Positions 1-11,574 of a stretch of DNA of 64,000 nucleotides are shown in pieces (positions within the stretch are counted from its first letter, which is position 1; every line of letters starts with the position of its first letter). Origin of the DNA: Mobula hypostoma (Eukaryota); the NCBI RefSeq assembly GCF_963921235.1, contig NC_086097.1, positions 206,338,001 to 206,402,000 of the forward strand, read 5' to 3'. The notes beneath the pieces are model-generated. The model searched no databases, was not told the origin of the DNA, and worked only from the letters and a program-made list of their open reading frames with translations. The position numbers and the translations under genes were made by a program.

Positions 1-49
1 CTACAGATGCTGCTTGGCCTGCTGCGTTCACCAGCAACTTTGATGTGTG
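1..49 (+). mobile_element. End of a Penelope-like element terminal segment, cut by the window edge
   Basis: Nearly identical to 655-702 and 42517-42563. Confidence 0.85.
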
Positions 50-379
50 TCACTTATTTATAGATGCCTTTAAACCTGTAACTGGGTGCACCGAACATGT
101 ACATTTCACAAGGACCATTATTTGGGTTACACAGTTAGAAAGCTTTAGAGGCTACTGGATTCAGCAATCTATTTTTATGGGGCTTATCTTTTTCATTTTA
201 TTTAGCGTGGTGTTACATTGTTTATTCTTCAGATGCCTGGCATGCGTCCCTAATCTAAAGAGTGAGGAACAATAATGACATAAACAACAGGAATTCTGCA
301 GATGCTGGAAATTCAAGCAACATACATCAAAGTTGCTGGTGAACGCAGCAGGCCAAGCAGCATCTCTAGGAACAGGTGC

Positions 380-415
380 AGTCGACGTTTCAGGCCGTGA
401 CCCTTCGTCAGGACT
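380..415 (-). ncRNA. Minimal type I hammerhead ribozyme motif (inverted copy)
   Basis: Reverse complement of 607-642 with one loop II change. Confidence 0.78.
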
Positions 416-606
416 AACTGAAGGAAGAGTGAGTAAGGGATTTGAAAGCTGGAGGGGGAGGGGGAGATGCAAAATGATAGGAGAAGACAGGAGGGGGAGG
501 GATAGAGCCGAGAGCTGGACACCTCCACCTCCTGTCTTCTCCTATCATTTTGGATCTCCCTCTCCCCCTCCAGCTTTCAAATCCCTTACTCACTCTTCCT
601 TCAGTT

Positions 607-642
607 AGTCCTGACGAAGGGTCTCGGCCTGAAACGTCGACT
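607..642 (+). ncRNA. Minimal type I hammerhead ribozyme motif (PLE-associated)
   Basis: agtc-CTGACGA-agg(gtctcgg)cct-GAAA-c-GTC^gact. Stem I agtc/gact; palindromic acgt as stem III. Confidence 0.8.
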
Positions 643-797
643 GCACCTGTTCCTAGAGATGCTGCTTGGCCTGCTGCGTTCACCAGCAACTTTGATGTAT
701 GTTGCAACAATAATGACATACTGTGTTATCTTTGACGTAAGCCATCAGAACTCAGTGACTTTTCCACTTGTAAGGCTATTAATTTATGAAGACACAC

Positions 798-1398
798 AGT
801 CCTCTTTTACTGTCATTTAGTAATGCATGCATTAAGAAATGATGCAATATTTCCTCCGGTATGATATCACAAAACACAGGACAGACCAAGACTGAAAAAA
901 CTAACAAAACCACGTAATTATAACATATAGTTACAACAGTGCAACAATATCATAACTTGATGAAGAACAGTCTATGAGCACAGTAAAAAGTTCAAAGTCT
1001 CTCAAATGTCCCACATCTTACGGGAGAAGGAAGAAAAACTCTCCCTGCCATGCCCGACCACAGTCCGACTCTGAGTTGTTAGAAAACTTCGAGCCTCCGA
1101 TCAGCTTTCTGACACCGAGTACTGAGCACCATCTCTATCTGAGCAATTTGACCTCAATCTCGGTCGCCAACAGCAGGCAAAGCCAGGGATTTTGAGGCCT
1201 TCCCTCTGGAAGATTCACGATCGCGCAGTAACGACAGCAGCAAACAGGCATATCAGAAATTTCTCCAGATGTTCCTCTGTGCTTTCATGTCTGTCTCCAT
1301 CAAATGAGAATTGTCCACTGCCCCTATTTAATGGATACAATATCATTTTTCACCGGAGGGCTGCGCACACGCGGCACGCAGCACTCTCTCCTCCCGCC
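798..1398 (-). mobile_element. Interspersed non-autonomous retroelement, possibly Rex1-related
   Basis: GC/CpG-rich head near 1350-1398 and a tail ending atgacagtaaaagaggact on the minus strand. No ORF; family assignment is tentative. Confidence 0.4.
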
Positions 1399-1584
1399 GT
1401 TATCACATATTCTCTACAATTAACCTACACTGTCCATCACACCCACAGTCTTACCTCCATCTATGTTTATAAATGATGATGGAAAATATCACTGACTTTT
1501 TACAGCTACTTTTACCATCATCAGAGAACTATTTCATTGGTAAACACTCCTACTTGTTCTTTAATTATTCTACCAAAGTTAATT

Positions 1585-1752
1585 GACACATCCAAGACAC
1601 TGGAATCAGTCAGCAGACCAGACAGAGGAACATAGCTAATGATTCAAGATGAAGAACTTTGATCAGTATAGTGATGAAGAAAGATCATTAATGTTAACTC
1701 TTGTCTCCTCAATGATGCCTCCAGACTTGCTGAGATTTTCCACATTTTTCTG
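1585..1752. mobile_element. Old, degenerate PLE terminal fold-back
   Basis: Diverged inverted pair of PLE-terminal-like sequence ending gatgcctccagacttgctgagattttccacattttt. Confidence 0.4.
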
Positions 1753-1764
1753 TATGCAGTTTAA

Positions 1765-1858
1765 ACAATAGACTATAGACAATAGACAATAGGTGCAGGA
1801 GTAGGCCATTCGGCCCTTCAAGCCAGCACCGCCATTCACTGTGATCATGGCTGATCAT
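1765..1858 (-). mobile_element. CR1 LINE 3' tail fragment
   Basis: (agacaat)n tail plus aggtgcaggagtaggccattcggccc, the same as the 3' end of 14998-16702. Confidence 0.8.
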
Positions 1859-2149
1859 AAACATCTGTATCGGGTGCATTTCATTTTTGCTTTGTTAAAT
1901 AGTCTCTCTCTCTTTGTAATTAATTGTTAATTTTCCTGCTTCGTCCAACAAAAGCTTTTCCTTTACTGTCCTGGTAGATTTATAAACATTAAAACAGCAA
2001 CTAAAATTCAAAAATATACTGTAAAACTCTATTGGCCCAATCTGTGGTCTTAAAGGTCCTCTATGAAAGTAAGGTTTTCTTTGAGTACCATTTTCCACTT
2101 TGGCACATATAATTAATTTGTGTCAACTTCTCCAGTCTCCTTTATATTG

Positions 2150-2285
2150 CTCACAGGACAATTTACAATGACCAATTAACCTACTAACTGGTGTGTCTTT
2201 GGACTGTGGGAGGAAACCAGAGCAGCTGGAGGAAACCCACGTGGTCAAAGGAAGAACGTACAAACTCCTTACAGGCAATGGCAGG
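2150..2285 (-). mobile_element. tRNA-derived SINE fragment (V-SINE-like core)
   Basis: ggactgtgggaggaaaccagagcagctggaggaaacccac core, shared with 23620-23910. Confidence 0.7.
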
Positions 2286-2371
2286 AAGCAAATAGGGACC
2301 TGAACGAAAATCTCATAGCAATTTCCCGAAGTAACAAAAATTTAAGCTCCCTGTGAGCTGCAGATTTTATT

Positions 2372-2910
2372 CATACTGCTGGAGTGTCCTCTCCAGGGCG
2401 CAAACCTGGGTGGGAAGATTTGAAGAACTGGCTGTTGCCCATGCAGCGGGTTCCCCCTTTCCACATCACTGAAGTAGTCCAAGGGAAGGGCAGACGCTGG
2501 TACAGTTTGGCACCAGTGTCATCCCAGTGTAAACAACATCAAACTGCCTTAGGGACCCCGGCTCCACATTTCTTCCTCAGGGTTTACTTCTGAAGCCTTT
2601 CCCATGGGTGGGTATGGCTGTAAGGCAGCGGAGGTTTAAAATCAGAGTTTTCCTTCTCGTAGGCGGGCTGTTGTACAAGGCTGATGACCCCCACCTGCCC
2701 GAAGCAACTGGCTTTGAGGCACCAGTGGTCTGCCTTTTCCTGTTTCGCTTGTCAGTAGAAACAGTTCTGCTGGGCCTAGTAGCTAAGCCACACATGAAGG
2801 CCAAGAGTTGGACTTGGTTGTCAGAGGCTATTAGAGTCACATGCCATTTGGAGCACTTTATAGGTAGCGGGAGCTTATCCCCACTACGACCTCGGTTATG
2901 ACAACCTTAG
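2372..2910 (-). mobile_element. Element derived from an RTE-clade LINE 5' UTR
   Basis: The minus strand carries agaaggaaaactctgattttaaacc and a GC-rich structured leader resembling RTE 5' UTRs. No ORF. Confidence 0.45.
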
Positions 2911-2964
2911 GAACTTACTAAACCTGCAAAATGATAAAAATAAGAACAATAGTGAGAGCCAATT

Positions 2965-3255
2965 TTGGTAGCCTAGTGGTTAGTGTAACAGTATTACAGC
3001 ACCAACGGTCGGAAGATCGGAGTTCAGTTCCCTCTGCTGTTTGTATGTTCTCCCCATGACCGTATGAATTTTCTCTGGATGCTCTGGTTTCCTCCCACAT
3101 TCGAAAAGGATGTATGAGTTAGGGTTAGTACATTGGGGATGTCCTCTGGCTCCCAAAGCATGGGTACATTTGCAGGCTGCCTAGAACAATCCTCGCTGAT
3201 TTGATTTGATGCAAACTACGAATTTGATGTACATGTGACAAATAAAACTTATTTT
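2965..3255 (+). mobile_element. tRNA-derived SINE (V-SINE-like) with LINE-like tail
   Basis: A box (ggtagcctagtggttag), B-box-like ggagttcagttcc, core ctctggtttcctcccacatt, tail gatgtacatgtgacaaataaa. Sibling of 14022-14345. Confidence 0.75.
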
Positions 3256-3369
3256 TATCTTTGAAATGATTGCATTGAAATTGGCATAAAAGTAACTTTG
3301 CATCTGTCCTATTGTTGTGCACGTTAGGGATCACATGCACTATTCAAAGAATAGCAAAGGATTTTTTTC

Positions 3370-3731
3370 TCAGGACTGGAAAGGAAGCGGGAAAATGCCA
3401 GAATAAAAAGTGGGGGGAAGGGAAGGAAGAAGAGCTAGAAGATGATAGGTGAAACCAGGTGGGTGGGAAAGTTAAAGGGCCGGAGAAGAAGGCATCTGAT
3501 AGCACAGGAGAGCGGACCATGGGAGAAAGGGGAGAAGGCGGGTCACCAGTGGGAGGTGACAGATAGGTGAGGAGAAGAGGTAAGAGGCCAGAGTGGGGAA
3601 TAGAAGAGAGAAGGGGGAGGGAAATCTTTTTTTTTTACCAGAGAATGAAATCGATCTTCATGCCATCAGATTGGAGGCTACCTAAATGGAATATGAGGTA
3701 TTGGTCCTCCACTTTGAGAGTGGCCTTATCG
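3370..3731 (-). mobile_element. PLE 3' fragment (end of GIY-YIG region plus pyrimidine-rich 3' region), interrupted by an LTR
   Basis: Reverse complement resembles 12770-13190; it resumes briefly after 4118. Confidence 0.65.
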
Positions 3732-4118
3732 TGTAACGATCGTCAGACAAGCAGACTCAGGTGTGGAGTAAACTCAGGACTTAACAATAGAAATTAGTGA
3801 CAAAACTAAAAGCTCATTTACTTGGAACTTGAGCACAAAGAACTCGAATTCAGGATGTAGCTATGAGCATCGTCCAGAATTCCCTTATATAGAACATAAA
3901 ACACAGGAAACCTGTGCTGGTTGGAATCAAAAACTAATCTCTTAAGAACAAGAAGCATAAGAAAACACATAATGAGTGTCACAAATAAAAAACACAGTGG
4001 CAGCTCACTGATAAAAGTAGTCATTAAACAACTCTAATAAACTCAAATAAATGACGTTCAAATGCGTGGGGACTTGCTGCTACCCAGTGACCCTCACTAG
4101 TCTGAAGGGTTCATGACA
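3732..4118. mobile_element. Solo LTR of an LTR retrotransposon
   Basis: Termini TGTAACGA...TCATGACA. Degenerate 5-bp TSD tatcg/catca. Splits a PLE fragment. Confidence 0.6.
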
Positions 4119-5019
4119 CATCATGGAAAAAGAGGAATCAAAGAGAAAAATAAACTAAAATAATGTTCCCATCTAAAGTATAATTTCTCAACATAAAGAG
4201 GTATAACACAAGGGATATTCGTATTATTTGTTACTAGAACCAAAGAATCTTGCAGGCACATCTGACTTGCTGAAATGGCCATGGCATTGTCTTCCTCAGG
4301 AATCTAGTGCCCCAATCTTCACGGAAAATAGGCAAGTGATTGTGCAGCTTGAGTCACAAATAATGATCCCTTTGTAAGTGATTAGAACAGCAGCTGGTGA
4401 GTGCTGCAAATGTCTCCACTGTTTTAATTGAATTACATTAACTGAAACATCACTTCAACATTTGTATATGAAGAGGCCCTGTTTATATGTTGTAGAGAGT
4501 TGTAACTTCTTTTTGTACTTACAGAACTTCAGACATTCAGAAAACATTGAATATGGAGATTCTAGGGTGGTTCCCACAACTGCTTTGAAAATAAAAGAGC
4601 ATGAAATTGAATAGTAGGAGAACGGTAACTTCAAGGATCCCTCACTGACTAAGGATACCAGATGTCAACATACCAATGAAGAATTCTCATTCATTTAGTA
4701 GTTTCCTCTTCACTGCTACCAATGCTCCATATTCTCTGCCCAAGAGAAATGCTTATTTCTTTAAAGCATTACAATTCAAAGCATTGATGTAAATCATTAA
4801 AATTGCATGATTTGTGGAAAAATGTGGTTAATAGATCTTTGATTTAAAAAAGTAAAATTGCTTCTAGGTAGAGTGAAACAATGAGGTCTTTCCATCCCAC
4901 ATCAATGAGAGTGACAGAACAAATCCCTGTGAGAAGTTACCGAGCATGACTTTGGAATACAAACACATTAGTTCATATAGTTGAATACATTCTTACATTT
5001 TCAGTTTCATGAGGCCATA

Positions 5020-5990
5020 TGAACATAAGATTTAGAAGCAGGATTAGGCCATAGAGCCCATCGTGAATGCTCTGCTGTTCCACCATGGCTAATTTATTAC
5101 CTCTCACAATCCCATTTTCCCAACATCTCCGTGTAACCTTTGATGCCGTCACTAATCAAGAACCTATCAACATCTGCTATAAATGTATCCAATGACTTGG
5201 CCTCTGCAGCCGTCCGTGGCAATGAATTACACAGATTCATTATCCTCTTGTTAAAGAAATTTCTCATCTCTGTTCTAAATTGAGGCTGTACCCTCTGTTC
5301 CTAGTCCCCCCCCCACTATAGAAAACATCATCTCCAGCTCCATTCTGTCTACACCTTTCAATATTCAATAGGTTTCAATGATATATTCCCTTATTCCTCT
5401 AAACTCGAAAGAATAGAGGCCCAAGCCAAGAAACACTCCTTATACATTAATCCTTTTGTTTCTGGAATCATTCTTGTTAACTTCCTCTGTACCCTCTCTC
5501 AGGCTAGCACAACCTTTCCTAGATAAGGGGCCATAACTGCTCAAAATACCCGAAGTGTGGTCTGACCAATGCCTTATAAAGCCTCAACATCACATCCTTC
5601 CTTACTACCGACTCAAACTGCAAGTTACCCTTTGGGGAATCCTGCACGAGGGCTCCCAATTCCTTTTGCACCTCCGACTTTTGAACTTTCTCCACATTTA
5701 GAAAATAATCTTCATCTTTAATCTTTCTACCAATATGCATGACTATACACTTCCCTACTCAATATTTCATTGGCCACATCCTTGTACATTCTCCTAATAT
5801 GTCTAAGTCCTTCTGCAGGCTCCCTGCTTCCTCAAAATTACCTGCCCTTCCACCTATCTTCACATTGCCATCAATTCCATCATCCAAATCATAAACATAT
5901 AAGGTGAAATGAAGCCACCCTTGCAGAATAATACTATTTACTGGCAGCCAACCAGAAAAGGATCTTTTTTCTCAGCCAAGCATCTATCCA
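5020..5990 (-). mobile_element. Degenerate CR1 LINE 3' part (RT C-terminus)
   Basis: Remnant LRLYKALVRPHFGYFEQLWP and CR1-type 3' UTR. Confidence 0.85.
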
Positions 5991-6064
5991 TACTAGTATT
6001 TTTACTGTATCACAAGCTCTTATTTTATTATGCAGCCTCATCTGCGGCACCTTGTCAACCACTA

Positions 6065-7865
6065 AAAAGTTCAAAGTTCAATACATGTCACCACGTACAA
6101 TTCCGAGATTCTTTCTCTGAGGGCATACTTAGCAAATCTAGAGAACAGTAACTGTAAGCAGGATTTGTAAACTGTAAACGTCAGGAAATTGTAAACTGGA
6201 AGCAAGCTATGCAAATGCAGATATAAAGAAATAGCAATAAATAATGAGCATGAAATAACAAGATACAAGAGTCCTTAAATGTGCTCAGTGGTTGGGAGGG
6301 TTTTACCTGTGATGTACTGGGCCAAATCCACTACCTTTTGTAGGACTTTCTGCTCAAAGGCATTGGTGTTCCCATGCCAGGCCACCATGCAGCTAGTCAG
6401 CACATTTTCTGTAGAAGATTGCCAAGGTTTTTGCTGACAAGCTGAACCTCCACACGCTCCTGAGGAAGTAAATGTGCTGTCGAGTTTCTTTTGCAATAAT
6501 ATTCATATGACGGGTCCAGGACAGGTTCTCTGAGACTGTGACACCCAGGAATTTAAAGTTACTGACCCTCTCCACCTCTGATCCTCTGATGATCACTGGC
6601 TCATGGACCTCTGGTTTCCCTCTCCTAAAGTCTACAATCAGTTCCTTGGTCTTATTGACGTTGAGTGAGTGATTGTTGTTATTACATCACTCAGACAAGT
6701 TTTCAATCTCCCTCCTGTATGCTGATTCATCACAACATTTGATGCAGCCCAAAACCTGTATATGATGTTGGAGCTGTACTTGGCCGTACAGTCATAGGTG
6801 TAAAGCAAGCAGAGCAGGGGGCTAAGTACAGATGCCTGCAGTGCTCCTGTGCTGATTGAGATTGTGGAGGAGATAGTTTTTTGCCAATCCAAACTAACTG
6901 GGGTCTGCAAGTGAGGAAATCCACGATCCAATTGCACAAGGGGGTATTGAGGCCCAGGTCTTGGAGTTTACTGATTAATTTAGATGTGATGACGATGTTA
7001 AATGCCAAGCTGTAATTGATAAAGAGCATCCTGATGTATGCATCTTTACTGTCCAGGTGTTCCAGAGTTGTGTGGAGCCAATGAAATAACGTCTGCTATC
7101 GACCTGTTGCTTCGGTAGGTGAATTGAAGCGGGTCCAAGTCGCCATTTGGACAGAAGCTGATATGCTTCACACCAGCCTTTCAAAACACTTCATCACAGT
7201 GGATGTAAGTGCCACCGGGTGATAGTCATTTAGACAGGCTGCAACACTCTTCTTGGGCACCAGTAGGATTGAAGCTTGCTTGAAGCAAGTGGGTCCCACA
7301 CATTGCGGGAGCGAGAGGTTGAATATATCTGTGAATACACCAGCCAATTAGTCGACACAGGTCTTCAGTGCTCAGTGAGGTACTCTGTTCAGACCGGATG
7401 CTTTCCTCGGATTCACTGTCTTGTACATAGCCTGCACGTCGTCTTTAGAAAGTGAGGCCAATGGATCATCAGGAGATATGGGGTCGCACAATGGTTCCTC
7501 CCTGTTCTGGTGATCAAAGCGAGCACAGTAGACATTGAGCTCATTGGAAGCAAAGCTCTGCTGTCCCCTATGTCACCAGATTTAACATTGTAGGAGGTTG
7601 TGGCATTCAAATCCTGACACAGCTGTTGAGCATCCCTCATTGATTCCAACCTCCACTTCGCTTGAGAGATGGCTTTCTGGATGAACAATGAAATCTGGAA
7701 TTTGGGGAGAGCCCTATAAGAGGCATTCAAATCTGGAGATCAAGAATGCCTCTAATCGGGCTCTCCCCAAATTCCAGATTTCTTTGTTCATCCAGGGCTA
7801 CTGATTGGGTAAAACACTGAACAAATGAGTAGGGACACACTCATTCACAGCTGTTTTAATAGAGT
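6065..7865 (-). mobile_element. Rex1/Babar LINE remnant (RT region and 3' end)
   Basis: [13 protein letters not shown]...[47 protein letters not shown]. Confidence 0.85.
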
Positions 7866-8800
7866 CAGGCTAATTGGCCCTCTCTTCTTAGAGTGCAGTG
7901 ACATTTGCAATTTGGCAGTCCTCCGGAAACATCCCAGAATCTAGTGATTCTTGAATGATCACTACTAATGCCTCCACAATTTTTCCGGCAACCTCTTTCA
8001 GAGTTCTGTTGTGTAGTCCATCTGGTTCAGATGACTTATCTAACTTTAGACCTTTCAGCTTCCCAAGCACCTTCTCAGTAATAGCAACTACACTCACTTC
8101 TGCTCTCTGAAACTCGAATTACTGGCCTACTGCTAGTGCTTTCCACAATGAAGACTGACTTAAAATATTTATTAATTTTGCCAGCTATTTCTTTGACCCC
8201 ATTACTATCTCTCCAGTGTCATTTTCCAGTGGTCTCCTGTCCAGCCTTTCCTCCCTTTTGCTCTTTATATATTTGAAAAACCTTTTGTATCCTCTTTTAT
8301 ATTATTAGCTATCTTACATTCATATTTCCTCTTTTCTCTCCTTGTGGCTTTTTAGTTGCCTTCCGTTGGTTTTTACAAACTTTGCAATGCTCTAATTTTC
8401 CACTATTTTTTGTTATATTACATGCCTTATGTTTTGCTTTTGTTCTGTCTTTGACTTCTCTTGTCAGCCATGGTTGCTGAATCCTCTCTTTAGAATATTT
8501 CTTTCTTGGGGCGTTTTTATCCTACACCTTCTGTCTTGCTCCCTGAAACTCTAGCCGTCACTGTTCTACCGCCATCTCTGTTAGTATCTCCTTCCAATCA
8601 ACTTTAGCCAGCTCCTCTCTCATGCATCTGTAATTCCCTTTACTGCACTGTAGTACTGTAGACTTCAGCTTCTTTAACTGCAGGGTGAACTCTATCATAT
8701 TATGATCACTGCCCCCTAAGGGCTCCTTTATCTGAAGTTTGCTAATCAAATCTGGTTCATTGCAAACACCCAACCCAGAATTGCCCTTTCCACAGTGGGA
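7866..8800 (-). mobile_element. Degenerate CR1 ORF2 (endonuclease-RT linker)
   Basis: EPLGGSDHNMIEF, KSSEPDGLHNRTLKE, ANVTAL. Confidence 0.85.
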
Positions 8801-9429
8801 ATTAATTTTTCAAATTTCTCCATCTCTGTCCTATCTATTCTGTCTATAGGAAATTCTGAGATGTCTTCCACTTTGTTGAACAGTGACTTACTTTCGGCTA
8901 TAGTTGATGAAGCATCTGGGCTGTTTTTCACCCCTCTGGTCATACACCTTCTCCTGCTGATTTATAGCAACTTTTACATTCAGCGGTTTTGCCAATTTGA
9001 TACAGCACACATTAAAAGCACACTAGACAACTACCTGCCTAACAACTATACTTCTTTATTAATCACAATAAGTGCAGACAACTGAAAGATTGACTGTGTA
9101 GTCATTGATTAACTAAAGCTGGATAACTCTATCAATTTCACAACTTTGAAAACCTACTCTTTGTATTCTGATATTACTCACTCTCGATGGTTGGCGTTCA
9201 ATCTTTGTGAGTCCTGCTATGAGTTGCTAACTGAGTATCTACTGCATTTGTTGATCTCTGGAATTACTGCTGCTCATCATCTCATGAGGAACCATTTAAT
9301 ACATTTCATCGCTTATCTCCCAGACGTTGCATACTCTTTTATTGCCTTAAAACATCCTTAATTCTGATCCTTATCCATATGAGTATGTTTCCTTAACTTC
9401 TTCAAGTTGCTGTAGATTTTATTCTGTAC

Positions 9430-9990
9430 TTAGAGTCATAAAGTTATAGACAAGTACAGCCCAGAAACAGGCCCTTTGGCCCATCTAGTCCATGCCACAC
9501 CATTTAAACTGCCTACTCCCATCAATGTGTACCGGGACCATAGCCCCCCATACCCCTGCCACCCATGTGCTTATTGCAACTTCTCTTAAATGTTGAAATC
9601 GAGCGTGCATGCATCACTTGCACTGGAAGCTCATTCAAATCTCTCCGCAACCCTCTGAGTGAAGAAGATTCCCCTCATGTTCGGCTTGATTTTTTCACCT
9701 TTCACCCTTAACCCATGACCTCTAGTTGTAGTCCCACCCAACTTCAGTGGAAAAAGCCTACTTGCATTTACCCTAACTATACCCATTATAATGTTGTATA
9801 GCTCTATCAAATCTCTTCTCAATCTTCTACATTCCAAGGAATAAAGTCCTAACCTATTCAATCTTTCCACATAATTCAGCTCCTCCAGACTCAGCAATAT
9901 CCTTGTAAATTTTGTTTGTACTCTTTTAAACTTCTCACCAATGTCTTATACAATTTATCATAACATTCCATCTCTTGTACTCAATTTGTT
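9430..9990 (-). mobile_element. CR1 LINE 3' fragment
   Basis: LGLYSLECRRLRRDLIELY...TRGH...FFTQRV and an agagtcat-type tail. Same subfamily as 49515-50000. Confidence 0.85.
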
Positions 9991-10239
9991 AAGTTATCAG
10001 AATGCTTATATGACACTTTGTAATCTGTCAAAGGTTCTTTTCCACAAGTTGTCAGGTCTCAAATACCTTGACCCATGTGCCCTGACAGTGGCAAGTTTAT
10101 GCTGAAGTTGTGCACAGGACTGTACAGCTGGCCCATCCTTGTTCTCAACTCGCACTGACCAGGCATTGATTACACAACCTCGCTTCACTCTTTACTCTTT
10201 AGTTTCTAACACTTCTTCCTAAGCAAGTGTCATCGCAAA

Positions 10240-11380
10240 TCTAATGGGATACTTGACATCCTTTTGGCTTCTGCAACAGATCATCTGTAATTTTCACCAG
10301 ATATATTAAGATTCCACCAGCAGACTCACCTTCCTCTATCCTCCACTTTCTGCATTTCAAAGGGACATTGTTGTTGACCCGCTGTTTTGCCTCTACCAAC
10401 AATTTTGCTTCTTGTGTTAATTCATGCTCACTTTAGTTTATGTTAACTATGTTTGTTCTCATCTTGAAATGTACTGTACTGACCTCCTGCTGAACAAAGC
10501 TAATTTTCACCACATTTGTACCTTGTATATGTATGCATATAATAACCATAAATTTGAACCTATTGCACTTTCCCATGAAATCACTGGAAGTACAAAACCC
10601 GCCCATTTATCTCTTTCAACTATTCAGGTACTTATACAATCCTTTGAGGTAAAACAGTAATTCATTTGATTTCCATCCAATGAAATGTACTACATTTGAT
10701 GGTCTATAATGTCATCTCCTCTGCAATGGAGAATCAATTGCAGATTATCCAAAACACCTGAGTTCACTCTGCAAAGGTGATAGGGCTCCCTATTGCCTGC
10801 CACTTTAACTCTCCATCTCACTTCCAGTCTAACCTATTTGTCTGTGGCCACATGCAGTGTTATTATGATGCCCAATGTGAAAATGAACAGCAGCAACAGT
10901 AACTATCTCATCTACTTCAGGGCATTTTACAGGTTTCCAGACTTAGCACTGAATCTTTGTCTGTGTTAGATGTGGCATTTCTGATATAAGTTATCCGTCT
11001 CTGGCCTTGGCTCAGTTTGTTATCTATTAGCACTGTCTGACCTGATTGAACTGAAAACTGAAGTTTGCAATTTTCAAAGTAATTTCTTTTTGTCTCACCC
11101 TATTACTATCCTTGTCTCATAACTTTTGTTCTTTCTCTCTCTCTCTACAATTGCCCTATTCAACTAGCTGACCTTTGACCCTACAACCATACCCTGTCAG
11201 AGATTATCCCCTTATCTGTCCACCCCCATCCCACTGTCTCTGTATCTTAAAAATGACCTGCCTCTCTTTCCAGAATTGTCAGAAGATCCTTTTCTGACAA
11301 AGAAACTTGGATTGGAACAATTAGTTCCTCGTTTCTTAGATTCTGCCTGACTCCTGACTGTTTCCAGCATTTTCTTTCTT
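10240..11380 (+). mobile_element. Highly degenerate PLE remnant
   Basis: Weak similarity to the GIY-YIG region and terminal segment of the 11575-13314 element. Confidence 0.45.
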
Positions 11381-11574
11381 TTTTATTATTATATTAAAAA
11401 TTACTGACAATGAAAGAGGACAAATAGCTTATTATTCAATTCAGATTAATTCAGGATTAAGTTTTGGATGGACAAATGACTGACCTAGAAGTATAGATTA
11501 AAAATTAAAGAAAAAACCTCCTGGCTGCTCCCTGTAATTCACTGCTTCTTTTGGATTCATCTTGCATGACTACA

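Larger units (their letters stand above)
283..705. mobile_element. Fold-back Penelope-like element 3'-end insertion with two hammerhead motifs and a 15-bp TSD
   Basis: Inverted arms at about 317-500 and 522-705. TSD aacaataatgacata at 268-282 and 706-720. Homologous to the 3' end of the GIY-YIG element at 12560-13314. Confidence 0.9.

Noticed and set aside
161..735. Mirror-image ORFs (MLVNAAGQAAS..., SPDEGSRPET...) on both strands; also at 13065-13317 and 42294-42569
   Set aside because: Translation artefacts of the non-coding palindromic PLE terminus.
2965..3040. tRNA gene
   Set aside because: The A/B boxes belong to a SINE head; there is no cloverleaf.
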